Notes: generated by a model not told the origin, from the sequence alone. A stretch of 64,000 nucleotides of DNA from an uncultured Dehalococcoidales bacterium (GCA_964354655.1 CAYHAL010000004.1:2841-66840); one strand, 5' to 3'; counted from the stretch's first letter, positions 9,593 through 19,165 are shown. Numbers and translations are program-made.

Positions 9593-9742
9593 CTTTTATC
9601 CTCGATATCCTTCTATAACTCTAACTAAGCTTCCTCTTTTGGTGCCTCGGTTTACTCCTAAATTCACTATATACTTGTTACATATACGTAGTCAAGAATT
9701 GTTACAACTAGATTGCCGAACCGGGCGCTAATAAGTGCAGCT

Positions 9743-10267
9743 TTACCGGGCTTGGAGCGCATCAATTATTGCCTTACTGAATCTCGGGAGGTCAGCTGGC
9801 TTACGTGAGGTGATTAGATTCCCGTCTTGAACCAAAGGCTCATCAACCCAGCTTGCTCCGGCATTTCTAAGGTCTACCGCCACCGAGGGCCAAGAGGTAA
9901 GGCGATGTCCCCTAACTATATCTGCGGAGATTAGAAGCTGTGGTCCATGGCAAACAGCCGCTATCACCTTACCCAAGTCGTACGCCTTCCTTACCAGGTC
10001 AATCATGGATTGGTGCAACCGCATCTTATCAGGGGCATAGCCTCCAGGGATGATGACAGCATCAAAATCCTTAGCGCTGACCTTATCAGCAGCGACATCC
10101 GCCTTGATTGTTACTGTACCCTTTTTGCCGCGATAGCTTTCCCGAGAGCCACTGCCCACAACTACCACTTCGGCACCTGCGTCTTTCACTGCCCTAAGGG
10201 GTTCAAGAAGCTCGGAATCCTCGAAGTCTTCTTCAACTAAGATGGCAATTCGCTTTCCCTTAAGCAT
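9743..10267 (-). CDS. DJ-1/PfpI family protein (intracellular protease/deglycase-like)
   Basis: KRIAILVEEDFEDSEL.. and the nucleophile elbow AAVCHGPQLL. The start is set at MLKGKR, with SD aaggaggtgg upstream. Confidence 0.88.
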   Translation of the reverse strand: MLKGKRIAILVEEDFEDSELLEPLRAVKDAGAEVVVVGSGSRESYRGKKGTVTIKADVAADKVSAKDFDAVIIPGGYAPDKMRLHQSMIDLVRKAYDLGKVIAAVCHGPQLLISADIVRGHRLTSWPSVAVDLRNAGASWVDEPLVQDGNLITSRKPADLPRFSKAIIDALQAR

Positions 10268-10500
10268 GATGTTAGCCACCTCCTTTCCTGTAGTACATAT
10301 ATCTATCTGTCGGCTGATTTGACAAAAAGGCGCCCTCACTCCAACCGAGGAGTCTCAGCAATGCTCCCTCAAGGGTGCCTTTGGTCACGCCTCAAATCGT
10401 AGTTTAATGAGGCTTTGCTGTCAAGGAATACAAAAAAGTTCAGGCTAAGCTTGTGTCCGGAGGAGTGCTCATCAAGGTCAGTTTGGTGGCCTGGGTCAAG

Positions 10501-10529
10501 TTGACTACTATCTGCTGACAAGGTAGAAT
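10501..10529 (+). promoter_or_regulatory. sigma70-type promoter of the tRNA operon (TTGACT-N17-TAGAAT)
   Basis: Hexamers at 10501-10506 and 10524-10529 with a 17-nt spacer, about 90 nt upstream of tRNA-Leu. Confidence 0.5.
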
Positions 10530-10576
10530 AAAAGCCAGAAAGGAGGCAAGGGGTTCCTGCCTTTTGCCTGGGTTGA

Positions 10577-10618
10577 TTCACACGCAAGAGGTCACTGGTT
10601 CAAATCTGTATCGCTCAC
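10577..10618 (+). pseudogene. degenerate tRNA 3'-half-like segment in the tRNA operon leader
   Basis: It is collinear block by block with a tRNA from the anticodon loop to the discriminator (ttcacac-gcaag-aggtc-actgg-ttcaaat-ctgta-tcgctca-c). The T stem no longer pairs and no 5' half is present. Confidence 0.4.
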
Positions 10619-10620
10619 AT

Positions 10621-10706
10621 GCCGAAGTGGCGGAATGGCAGACGCGCTACGTTCAGGGCGTAGTGCTCGTAAGGGCGTGGGAGTTCAAATCTCCCCTTCG
10701 GCACCA
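10621..10706 (+). tRNA. tRNA-Leu(CAG), CCA encoded
   Basis: Acceptor gccgaag/cttcggc, anticodon loop ttCAGgg, long variable arm, T arm gggag-ttcaaat-ctccc, terminal acca. Confidence 0.93.
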
Positions 10707-10714
10707 ATACTTAG

Positions 10715-10788
10715 GCGCTTGTAGCTCAGTAGGATAGAGCGCAGCCCTGCGGAGGCTGAGGTCGTGGGTTCAAGACCCGCCAAGCGCG
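10715..10788 (+). tRNA. tRNA-Arg(GCG)
   Basis: Acceptor gcgcttg/caagcgc, D arm gctc..gagc, anticodon stem cagcc/ggctg with loop ctGCGga, T arm gtggg-ttcaaga-cccgc. Confidence 0.88.
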
Positions 10789-10795
10789 CATTTAT

Positions 10796-10869
10796 GGGCG
10801 GTTAGCTCAGACGGTTAGAGCGTCTGTCTTACACACAGGAGGTCAGAGGTTCAAGTCCTCTACCGCCCA
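10796..10869 (+). tRNA. tRNA-Val(TAC)
   Basis: Acceptor gggcggt/accgccc, anticodon loop ctTACac, T arm agagg-ttcaagt-cctct. Confidence 0.92.
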
Positions 10870-11160
10870 CTATAGTGTACGGTAGACAGAACTCCCGCTT
10901 TTTCTTCAGATAGTCCTGTTGGCGGCAATGGCATAGTATAGGTTAGCACAACGTCGTCGCCCACTACTTTAACTTCCTTAATGAAGCTGCGGATAAAAGC
11001 TCTTCTCTCCGGTAGGGAACTCTCGTTGAGCAAGTTGCGTAGATCACTAACGTATTCTGCCACTACTTCAGGGCTAGCCAACTCAACTCTTCTTTCAGAC
11101 AATAAGTTCTCAATTTCGGCTTTTCTAATTCGCAACTTCTCTGGAGCCGTCCGTAATGTA
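10860..11160 (-). pseudogene. C-terminal remnant of a large serine recombinase-type integrase, stop codon inside tRNA-Val
   Basis: Only about 95 aa remain (..RRAFIRSFIKEVKVVGDDVVLTY..). This resembles the C-terminal tail of recombinase-family integrases. There is no catalytic N-terminal domain upstream. The last 3 codons and the stop overlap the tRNA-Val 3' acceptor strand. Confidence 0.45.
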
Positions 11161-11666
11161 TGGCGGGGGAGGGGGGAGGGGGCACCTCCCTACATTCGGA
11201 CCGGCCTTTATTCTGAGCTGCGTCTTCCACGAGCGAAACCTCTACGATATCTGCTGCACAAGAGATACCAGCAGTTAGCTGCACTCGTGCCCAGCGGCTA
11301 GGGGGTATTATCTGGGCGAAGAGGCCTGTTTTTGCTGGGTAACAATCACACTTTCCGATGGATTGTGTAGCTTCAAAGGCACCGGATTGTTGGGTGGAGG
11401 GTCTGAAATATTACTTTTGCTAGCTCCAACGAGTCTATCTAAGCGACCGTTGCTGTCCGGTCGAATCAGATTTCCTACGTAGAGTAAAAACTCGACACAC
11501 TCTTAAATTACTGGTTGTATATCTTCACCAAGGCAACTTTCCGTCTTTGTTGACTTTTTAAATAGTTAGGTCTTAAATATTAGTGTACCGCAGCCTCATT
11601 TTGACAGACTTAGCCCAATAGTCCTAATCTCACTAATGATGTGCTGTCGACACGAAGGATAAGGGT

Positions 11667-12605
11667 ATGGTAGAAGACTCAGGTATGGAAAAATTTGATC
11701 ATACCAAACTAACCTACGAAACAGAAAAAGTCTTGGAGGAGCCAGAAGAGCTCAGCTCTCTTTTTGAGGCGAAGCAGGATCTAATCAAAATCGCTGATGA
11801 AGCGCTGGAAAAAACCATCAATATTCCGGAGACCTGTCTCAGACGCAATCGATTTAGCGCATGGTTAACGACATATGAGCTCCTGCTCGCCAATATCATT
11901 AGAGACGACAGTCCCCTTGCCGAGAAAGGCGCTGCTGGATTGAAGGAAACCTTGGAGTCAGTGTGCATTGGTGCGTCACTTAGAGAATTTGTGACCATAA
12001 CTCCAGTTGCGCAAAGGTATCTGCCTTTCATCGATGGTGTCAGCAGACTGAAGATCGCCCAAGATAAGTATAAGTCTGTTATTGCTTCGGCGCCGTCATT
12101 TGCGCCTAATCCCATAAGAATCTGGTCGGGGGCATCTCCAAGATTCAAGAAGTATGGAGTGATACTCGAACTACCAGATGAGCAGGTGGCAGAATTTTTC
12201 AGATTGAACTCGGCACCAATATTCTATGTTAACGGACAGATCACGGGTCTGAGGATAGGAACCGAGGGCGTTTGGGAGGCCGGGCGGATTGTTATGAAGA
12301 ATAGGCCTTTCTCTATCTACATCGAAGACTTTCATCGCAATACAGAAGAAATCCTTGTTCCGGATAAACCAACGATCCTGCAAGTAGATATGCCTGCCGC
12401 CGAGTCGCGACCCTACTTTAACGGCGAACTATTCTATGTCCCACGAGGTGTCGTTATCTATATCAACCGAGAGGTCAAGCACTTTGCCCCCTTACCAGTC
12501 CTAACTGGTGCTACTACTTCACCAGTTATTTTTCGGTTAGGTACCACCGGAGAGGCTAAGGATTTCCACCACAATAAATTCGAATTCGTCCGTCGCATTT
12601 TATGA
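11667..12605 (+). CDS. hypothetical protein (312 aa, no recognisable family)
   Basis: Long clean ORF, acidic N-terminal third, no TM segments. It lies in the gene-poor stretch next to the tRNA/recombinase remnant. Confidence 0.6.
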   Translation: MVEDSGMEKFDHTKLTYETEKVLEEPEELSSLFEAKQDLIKIADEALEKTINIPETCLRRNRFSAWLTTYELLLANIIRDDSPLAEKGAAGLKETLESVCIGASLREFVTITPVAQRYLPFIDGVSRLKIAQDKYKSVIASAPSFAPNPIRIWSGASPRFKKYGVILELPDEQVAEFFRLNSAPIFYVNGQITGLRIGTEGVWEAGRIVMKNRPFSIYIEDFHRNTEEILVPDKPTILQVDMPAAESRPYFNGELFYVPRGVVIYINREVKHFAPLPVLTGATTSPVIFRLGTTGEAKDFHHNKFEFVRRIL

Positions 12606-12885
12606 AAATGAGGAGTTTGACCAAAACTGTCCCTAGAACTTTCCCCTTTGGAACTTGTACCTTCGCGCCTGTTTAGCCAAACCAACAACATGATGAAAAG
12701 TGTGATCAGTGCGAGCTTCGCACCAGTCGGACCGTAGGTCGGGGCGGAAGCCTCCATGCGCAATTTGCCACTGAAAATCTGCATGTGATATAGTCTGACT
12801 AGCTGCTCGCCATAGCACATTTTCGTCGTTTGAGAGACTTCTCTCGCTTAGCCCTTGGTTAACCAGCTTCCGTAGAAAACGCGAT

Positions 12886-14112
12886 ATGCAACAAGACTAT
12901 AATCCCAAAATGCCCTTAGGTACCCTTATCAGTGCCTTCTTGGTCGGCATAGCCATGTGGGGCCCAATCTATTGCATCCCTCCTATGGAGCCCATACTGA
13001 AGGAGGCATTGTCCCTAAGCCACGGCCAAGTAAGTTTCCTGTTCAGTGCACCGGCATTAATGGTGGTGGCGACGGCTATTCCAGCCGGGATTGTGGCCGA
13101 CAAGATAGGTGTTAGAAAGGCTGTTGGCATTGGCCTTGTCGTTATGGTGGCAGGCGCCGTGACGAGAGGTATGGTTAATAGCTACGCAGGCCTACTAGCT
13201 TCCATGTTTATTTTTGGTGGCGGGTTTGCATGGACATTCACTAATCTGCCCAAGATAGTAAGCACATTTGCTGGCAGGGCGAAGGCAGTGGTAACCATGG
13301 GTCTGGTGAATTCTGGCATGCCAGTGGGTACTGCCCTAGGCATGGCACTGACAATACCCGTTATCCTCCAAATAACGCAGTCATACCACGGCGCCTTTCT
13401 TGTTTGGAGTATACCTACCGTAGTCGCGGCAGCATTGTGGTGGGTTATTGTTAGAGAACCAGAGCCCAACAAGCTATTGGGCGGTTTCCCAAAGCCAGCT
13501 AGAACTCAAACTTCTTTCCGAATGGTGGTGAAGAACAGAAATGTAGGTCTGATTTCTGCGTTGATGTTCCTGCACAATTTCTTCATGTGGAGCTGGACCG
13601 GTTGGGCCCCTACGCTTTTGATGTTGAAGGGGGCGTCACCGAGTTTAGCCGGTCTTATCGCTTCAATGACAATCTGGGTCATCATTCCTACCTTCCTTCT
13701 AATGCCCGGACTCTCATACAGGTTGGGGTCAAGAAAACCCTTCCTGTGGATACCATCCATAATTCTGGCGCTCGTTGCTTGGTGGGCTATCCGGGCTAGT
13801 GTATTAGTGAGCTGGTTTGTCATGGCGTTGGCAGGTGTAGCTGCGGCTACCAGATTCACAACCCTGTTCACACTACCGATCGAGATCATGCCGAGAGAAG
13901 ATGTGGGAACAGCAAGCGGGATAATGCTGTCTCTAGGTTATACCGGGGCGGTCATTGGCCCCCTAGTTGGTGGCGGAATTCTGGACTCTTCTCAGAATCT
14001 CGACAAGATGTTGCTGATTCTAGTATTCGCCTCGCTAGCTGCGGCATTTGTAAGTCTAAGGATTCCAGAAACTGGCACAAAACAAATGCTCGGACCAGTG
14101 AGTAGAATATGA
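12886..14112 (+). CDS. MFS transporter
   Basis: 408 aa, about 12 TM helices, with an MFS-type loop 2-3 motif (GIVADKIGVRK). Confidence 0.85.
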   Translation: MQQDYNPKMPLGTLISAFLVGIAMWGPIYCIPPMEPILKEALSLSHGQVSFLFSAPALMVVATAIPAGIVADKIGVRKAVGIGLVVMVAGAVTRGMVNSYAGLLASMFIFGGGFAWTFTNLPKIVSTFAGRAKAVVTMGLVNSGMPVGTALGMALTIPVILQITQSYHGAFLVWSIPTVVAAALWWVIVREPEPNKLLGGFPKPARTQTSFRMVVKNRNVGLISALMFLHNFFMWSWTGWAPTLLMLKGASPSLAGLIASMTIWVIIPTFLLMPGLSYRLGSRKPFLWIPSIILALVAWWAIRASVLVSWFVMALAGVAAATRFTTLFTLPIEIMPREDVGTASGIMLSLGYTGAVIGPLVGGGILDSSQNLDKMLLILVFASLAAAFVSLRIPETGTKQMLGPVSRI

Positions 14113-14518
14113 ACTATCCTTGAAGGCGCAATGTCATTGCACACGATCTGGCTCATTGTTACGTTACTAAAAGATGTCTTAAGCCTTAACGCCCTACTAG
14201 GTCAACAAACGTCCTGCTAAGCGTGAAGTCTTATCGAGAATCTTGCTGCTTCAAATTTGTTGTTTCCGTGGATTGATAATCCTGCTATAATTCATATCAG
14301 GACAAGGGAATATGGCGCGGCTGAATCCTATAAAGAGTTTATCTCTAGACCAGAGACTGAGATTAGGCAGCAAGCAGAAAAAGACATTGAAGAGCTTTGG
14401 GAATAAAGGGAGCCTTGGGAACTAAATCAAGTCTTATTTAATAGGGCATTGCAAGTTAAAAGACATACAATTAGAACTTAGATAGTACACTATAGAATCC
14501 AATCAAAGGAGGTAACAG

Positions 14519-15679
14519 GTGGACTTTCAGTTAAACGAAGAGCAAAAAATGCTAAAGAGTCTGGTGCACGAGGTGGCTGAGAAGGAATTTCGTCCTAAAG
14601 TGGCTGAATGGGAGGCTTCTGGCGAATGGTTTCATGAGGAGCATATCAAGAAACTGGCAGACCTAGGTCTCCTGGGGCTGACCTTGCCTGAGGAATATGG
14701 AGGCCAAGGCAGGAGCGCTTTTGAGGCCGTTCTAGCCATTGAAGAGCTAGCACGAGTATGGCCAGGCTGTGCTTTCCCTGTTTTTGAATCTAGCGTAGGA
14801 CCGGTCAGAGTGATTGAGCAATTTGGCACCGAGGAGCAGAAACGGAAATATATACCTCCTGTATGTCGAGGTGAATCCTCGATTGCCGTTGGTATGACCG
14901 AACCAGATGCAGGCTCAGCCCTGACTGACCTTAGCACAAAAGCAGTACTGGATGGCGATCACTATATTGTCAATGGTAACAAGTGCTTCATTACCGAGGG
15001 AGGTTACGCTGACGTTTATATGGTATACGTGAGGCTAAGCGAACAGAAAGGTGCCAGGGGCATTGGTGGGCTGATTATTGAGAAGGGGGTGCCGGGTTTT
15101 TCCTTCGGCAATCAGGAGCAATTTATGGGCCTCAACGGCATGCCAAGCTGTGACCTAGTTTTTGAAGATTGTCATGTGCCTAAAGAGAACCTGGTGGTCA
15201 AAGAGGGGGATTTCAGGAAGCTAATGGCTGCATTTGACCTTGAGCGATGTGGCAACGCCACTATGTGCCTTGGGATAGCTCAGGAAGCCCTTGAACAAGC
15301 GATGGCGTATTCTCAGCAAAGAAAGCAGTGGGGCAAAGGGATATGTGAATTTCAAGCAATCCAGTTTATGTTAGCCAACATGGCAATAAAGGTTGAGTCA
15401 TCCCGTTTTCTGATATATCGGGCAACAGCCAATGCGGCAATGGGCTTGCCTTCTCCCCTCGAGACCAGCCTTGCTAAATGCCTGGCTAATGAAATGGTGA
15501 GGGAGGTTGCCGGGATGGCCATCCAGATATTCGGTGGCTATGGCTATTCCAAGCAGTACCCCATAGAGCGTATGTTTCGTGATGGCTGGGGCTGGGGAAT
15601 TGCTGGTGGGACTATTGAGATGCAGAAAATTACCATAGCCTCTCAGCTTCTAAACCGCAGATTCGACCAGAGAAGATAG
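14519..15679 (+). CDS. acyl-CoA dehydrogenase
   Basis: 386 aa; GMTEPDAGS, FITEGG and the C-terminal QIFGGYGY blocks. GTG start with SD aaaggagg. Confidence 0.92.
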   Translation: MDFQLNEEQKMLKSLVHEVAEKEFRPKVAEWEASGEWFHEEHIKKLADLGLLGLTLPEEYGGQGRSAFEAVLAIEELARVWPGCAFPVFESSVGPVRVIEQFGTEEQKRKYIPPVCRGESSIAVGMTEPDAGSALTDLSTKAVLDGDHYIVNGNKCFITEGGYADVYMVYVRLSEQKGARGIGGLIIEKGVPGFSFGNQEQFMGLNGMPSCDLVFEDCHVPKENLVVKEGDFRKLMAAFDLERCGNATMCLGIAQEALEQAMAYSQQRKQWGKGICEFQAIQFMLANMAIKVESSRFLIYRATANAAMGLPSPLETSLAKCLANEMVREVAGMAIQIFGGYGYSKQYPIERMFRDGWGWGIAGGTIEMQKITIASQLLNRRFDQRR

Positions 15680-15919
15680 GGGATTGAACTAGATACTCAA
15701 CACCCAATTCTTGAAATAAAAAGATAATAGTTAAACGATACCAAAGGTGTTGAGTTACTTGTTACCGAGTCCGTGACCAATTGTAGCGAGTTAAAAAATT
15801 AACTTGTCAACTTATTGCCCGTATATATAATTGATGCTATTTCCCGTAATCGGGATGACCTGCCCCCTAAAAACTAGTCCAGGTACAATCTTAGTCTAGG
15901 GATTAGAAAGGGGGTACAG

Positions 15920-16198
15920 GTGGTCAGGAAGAATTTTACACCTGAGCAAATCATCAACAAGCTCAGGGAGGTCCAAGTTTTCATCATTCAAGGAGTCACC
16001 GCAACAGAAGCTAGCAGGAAGGCAGGAATTACAGAACAGACCTATTACCGCTGGCGCAAGGAATACGATAGGATGAGGATAGACTAGGCTAAGCGTCTCA
16101 AAGAACTCGAGAAAGAGAACACGCGTCTCAAGAAGTTTGTCGCCGAATTGTCACTTGGTATTTCCATTCTCAAAGAGGTTGCCCGGGGAAACTCCTAA
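15920..16198 (+). pseudogene. IS3-family transposase OrfA with in-frame TAG
   Basis: VVRKNFTPEQIINKLREV..TEQTYYRWRKEY..RID*AKRLKELEKENTRLKK. The in-frame stop is at 16085-16087. Confidence 0.8.
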
Positions 16199-16221
16199 GC
16201 TCGTCGAAGAGACAGAAGGCG

Positions 16222-17033
16222 GTGAGACGTGTTTGTGAGGTTCTTAGTGTCTCGGAGAGGCGGGCATGCAAAGTTCTGGGACAGTGTAGAACTACCCAGC
16301 GGTACAGTTCAGGTATTGGCAATGAGGAAGTTAAGTTGATGGCTCGGATTATTGAATTAGCGACTCAATATGGCAGGTATGGATATCGAAGGATAACAGC
16401 TCTGTTGAAGAGAGAGGGCTTCAAGGTAAATCACAAGAAGGTTGAACGAATCTGGAGGAGTGAAGGATTGAAGGTGCCGCAGAAACAGCCGAAGAGGAGA
16501 AAACTATGGCTTACTGACGACTCTTGTATCAGGCTCAGGCCTGAGTACAAAGACTATGTCTGGATCTACCATTTTGTGACTGCCAGGACATCTGATGGGA
16601 GAGCTTTTCGGATACTGACTATTATTGATGAATACACCCGCGAGTGTCTGGCAATACTGGTTGATCGTCGCATCAGCTCACAGGATGTTATCTATCGGAT
16701 CTTTAACCTGTTTGTCTTCAGAGGCATACCAGAGCATACCCGCTTGGATAATAGCCCTGAGTTTACGGGTAAAGCGATACGAATTTGGTTAAATCATCTT
16801 GGAGTAAAGACGTTATTCATAGAACCGGGGAGCCTCTGGGAGAACGGGTACATAGAGTTATTCAACGGAAAGCTAGAGATGAACTGCTTAACCGGGAGAT
16901 ATTCACTACACGGCTAAAGGCTCAGATATTGATAGATGAGTGGCGGAAGAAGTGCAATTAAGTCCGGCCGCATAGTGCTCTGCATTATCGACCACCTGCT
17001 CCAGAAGCAATCATACCGGTGACACTAACTTAA
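16222..17033 (+). pseudogene. IS3-family transposase OrfB (integrase core), frameshifted near the 3' end
   Basis: rve-type blocks ..IDEYTRECLA.., DNSPEF, PGSLWENGYIELFNGKL. The conserved tail ELLNREIF..RPHSALHYRPPAPE continues in another frame and contains a further stop. Confidence 0.8.
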
Positions 17034-17062
17034 AAGGCGGACTAATTACTGGGGGCAGGACA

Positions 17063-17364
17063 CAGAACTGTTTCGCTATATCTAACTTTTCTTCAACCAG
17101 TAGGTTGTCTACTATTCATCCCTTAATGGTGCTGCCGATAAGATTTAGTGCTTTCTCTTTAGCCTCAGTAGCATTTTCGGCAAATATTATCCCAACAGAC
17201 TTACCCCTGCTTGATACCAATATCTGAGACTTTAATACTACGGGTTTTCCTATCTGCTCGGCTATTATTCCAACCTCCTCTGATTTGCCGACGAGGTCGC
17301 CTCTGGGAATTGGGATACCGTACTTTTTTAAGATGCTTTTGGCTTCAAACTCAAAGAGCTTCAT
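17063..17364 (-). pseudogene. succinyl-CoA synthetase beta-like (ATP-grasp) N-terminal fragment, truncated at the IS3 end
   Basis: MKLFEFEAKSILKKYGIPIP..VVLKSQILVSSRGK.. matches the SucC N-terminus. After an in-frame TGA (17116-17118) the homology (VDNLLVEEKLDIAKQF) runs on exactly to the IS right inverted repeat at 17062. The left IS flank does not continue it. Confidence 0.75.
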
Positions 17365-17385
17365 TCATAATCTCCTTAGCACATC

Positions 17386-18576
17386 TCAAGCTTGAGGCTC
17401 ATATTGGATAGCAATGCCCTTTTCTATTAACTGCTGGATTTCCTGTTCACTATATCCCAGCTCTGCTAGAACTTGGCTGGTGTGCTCACCAAGCTGTGGG
17501 GTTTTCATCCTCGTTTCCGGTAGCTCTCCTGAGATCATAATTGGTGCTCGAACTGTCTTAATTAGCCCTTTGCCAGGATAATCCCATTCCTCAATTAGAT
17601 TCCGAAACTTTATTTGGATGTCCTGGCTAACTTCGCCCACATTTAAAAGCTTACCACATGGTACATTGGCCGCTACCAGCCTGGACTCCAGTTCATCACT
17701 CGTATATTGTTTGCAGACTTCGCTTACTTTACGCACCAGCTCAGTCCGATGTTTACTCCTTTCCTCGATTGTAGAATAACTGGAGTCTCTGGCAAGTTCG
17801 TCTAGTCCAAGTGCTTGACAAAAAGCCACCCAGAATCTATCTGTACTGGCCCCAATCCAGATGGGCCTGTCTTTAGTATCAAAGGCTTGGTAAGGCGTAA
17901 ACACCGCATGCCCTGATCCGGTGCGTGATGGAAGTTTACCAGTGATGGAATGATGGGTTATATAGTAGCTCATCGCTGAAACCGCGGTGTCTAACAGGGC
18001 GATATCTATCCTCTGTCCCTTACCTGTTTTCTCTCGGTCTAGCAAACAGGCAAGGATGGCAGAAACTGCGTATAAGCCGCTTGTCATATCAACAAGGGAG
18101 GTAGCCTGTCTCACCGGAGGTCGATCTGGTTCCCCGGTTATTATCATGATGCCTGACATCGCCTGAGCTACTGGGTCATAAGCCGGGCGCCGACTATAAG
18201 GTCCCTCTTGCCCAAAACCAGATATTGAACAATATATTATTCGGGGGTTTACTTGAACTACCCTATCATAACCTAGGCCAAGTTTATCTATGGTGCCAGG
18301 CATAAAGTTTTCAATGAAAACGTCGGCTGTCTTGACCAATTTTAGAGCTATTTCGTGGCCCTCCTTTGTCCTTAAGTCCAGCGCTATACCTCGTTTGTTA
18401 CGGTTCAAAGCTAGTAAAAATGCGCCATCCATAACGTAGCGTATATGTTCACCTTTGAGCGGCTCAATCTTCACTACGTCGGCGCCCATATCTCCTAGCA
18501 ACATGGTGGCAAAGGGACCAGAAGCCACCGCACTCAAATCAATAACTTTTATTCCTTGTAACAGATTCATGCCCAC
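17386..18576 (-). CDS. CoA-transferase family III protein (CaiB/BaiF/formyl-CoA transferase-like)
   Basis: 396 aa; the N-terminal GIKVIDLS..A.GPFATMLLGDMGADVVKIE block is typical of the family. Confidence 0.88.
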   Translation of the reverse strand: MGMNLLQGIKVIDLSAVASGPFATMLLGDMGADVVKIEPLKGEHIRYVMDGAFLLALNRNKRGIALDLRTKEGHEIALKLVKTADVFIENFMPGTIDKLGLGYDRVVQVNPRIIYCSISGFGQEGPYSRRPAYDPVAQAMSGIMIITGEPDRPPVRQATSLVDMTSGLYAVSAILACLLDREKTGKGQRIDIALLDTAVSAMSYYITHHSITGKLPSRTGSGHAVFTPYQAFDTKDRPIWIGASTDRFWVAFCQALGLDELARDSSYSTIEERSKHRTELVRKVSEVCKQYTSDELESRLVAANVPCGKLLNVGEVSQDIQIKFRNLIEEWDYPGKGLIKTVRAPIMISGELPETRMKTPQLGEHTSQVLAELGYSEQEIQQLIEKGIAIQYEPQA

Positions 18577-18991
18577 CCTGTGATTACAAGTTGTCTAGTA
18601 TAAACTTGCCCTTAGACCATCTAAAAGCCTCAAACTTGATTTACCCTTTTTAGACTGAAGCAACGTATCCTCACCACTTATTTTCTCAGCCTGACCAAAG
18701 CTGACAGTTCTACATTAGGTATAGCTAACTCAGAACGGAAAGACGAGTGAAATATCTTAACTGACATTTCCCATTTCAATTCACAATGAGGTATTCTAAC
18801 CCTCATTGCTCTTATCACCGATAATATATCTATAGTACTTGGTTGTCAATAACCGTCTATGAGCCCTGCAGCACTCAGAATCCTCAATCTATCCACGCCG
18901 GTCAAGCTCTCCGCCCGAAAGGAGGCGATTCTTTCCTATCTTCTTCACCTAACTGCCTGCTTGCCCTCAGGTGTGCTCAACCGGGTGATAG

Positions 18992-19165
18992 TCATAAACG
19001 AGTTATTTGTTCCAGAATGGCAGTAAATGGGTTTCTGGGCACTGCCACTTCAGCTAGCTGGAAGATAATCTGCCGAGCATGGCGCACAATCCAAGCTTTT
19101 TTACTCCGATTGCGCTTTCTCGCGTTACGTCTCCCGTCTAGTGGTAATCTGGTTACAAATTCTGA
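18992..19165 (-). pseudogene. C-terminal remnant of a DDE transposase (IS1380/IS4-like tail)
   Basis: Minus-strand translation ..RLPLDGRRNARKRNRSKKAWIVRHARQIIFQLAEVAVPRNPFTAILEQITRL*. The ..VRHARQ..L.LAE... pattern is typical of such transposase C-termini. It has no start and no upstream domain. Confidence 0.4.

Larger units (their letters stand above)
15856..17062 (+). mobile_element. IS3-family insertion sequence, inactivated
   Basis: Terminal inverted repeats TGaCCTGCCCCC..TAGTCC (15856-) and its complement ..GGACTAattactGGGGGCAGGaCA (-17062). It contains an orfA (HTH) and an orfB (rve/DDE) that both carry stops or frameshifts. Confidence 0.8.

Noticed and set aside
10369-10587. 72-aa minus-strand ORF upstream of the tRNA cluster.
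   Set aside because: It runs through the predicted tRNA-operon promoter and leader, has no SD and no recognisable family. It is most likely spurious.
11161-11190. G-rich tracts (gggggaggggggaggggg at about 11166-11183; similar gggggagggcacctc at about 26260; G8 at 20179-20186), considered as a repeat family or G-quadruplex elements.
   Set aside because: The copies share only about 12 nt and differ in context; the first probably encodes a proline run in the recombinase remnant. The evidence is too thin to call a repeat family.
12458-12820. Overlapping minus-strand ORFs 12458-12820 and 12633-12818 between the orphan gene and the MFS transporter.
   Set aside because: They are mutually exclusive frames. 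One overlaps the 3' end of the 11667-12605 gene by about 150 nt. Neither has a clear start or SD. A weak H..HH pattern in one frame is insufficient to call a gene, and they are possibly gene debris.
14232-14406. Open frame ending ..PWIDNPAIIHIRTREYGAAESYKEFISRPETEIRQQAEKDIEELWE* upstream of the acyl-CoA dehydrogenase.
   Set aside because: It looks protein-like (possibly the C-terminus of a lost gene) but has no ATG or SD, and I cannot assign a family, so I did not report it as a feature.
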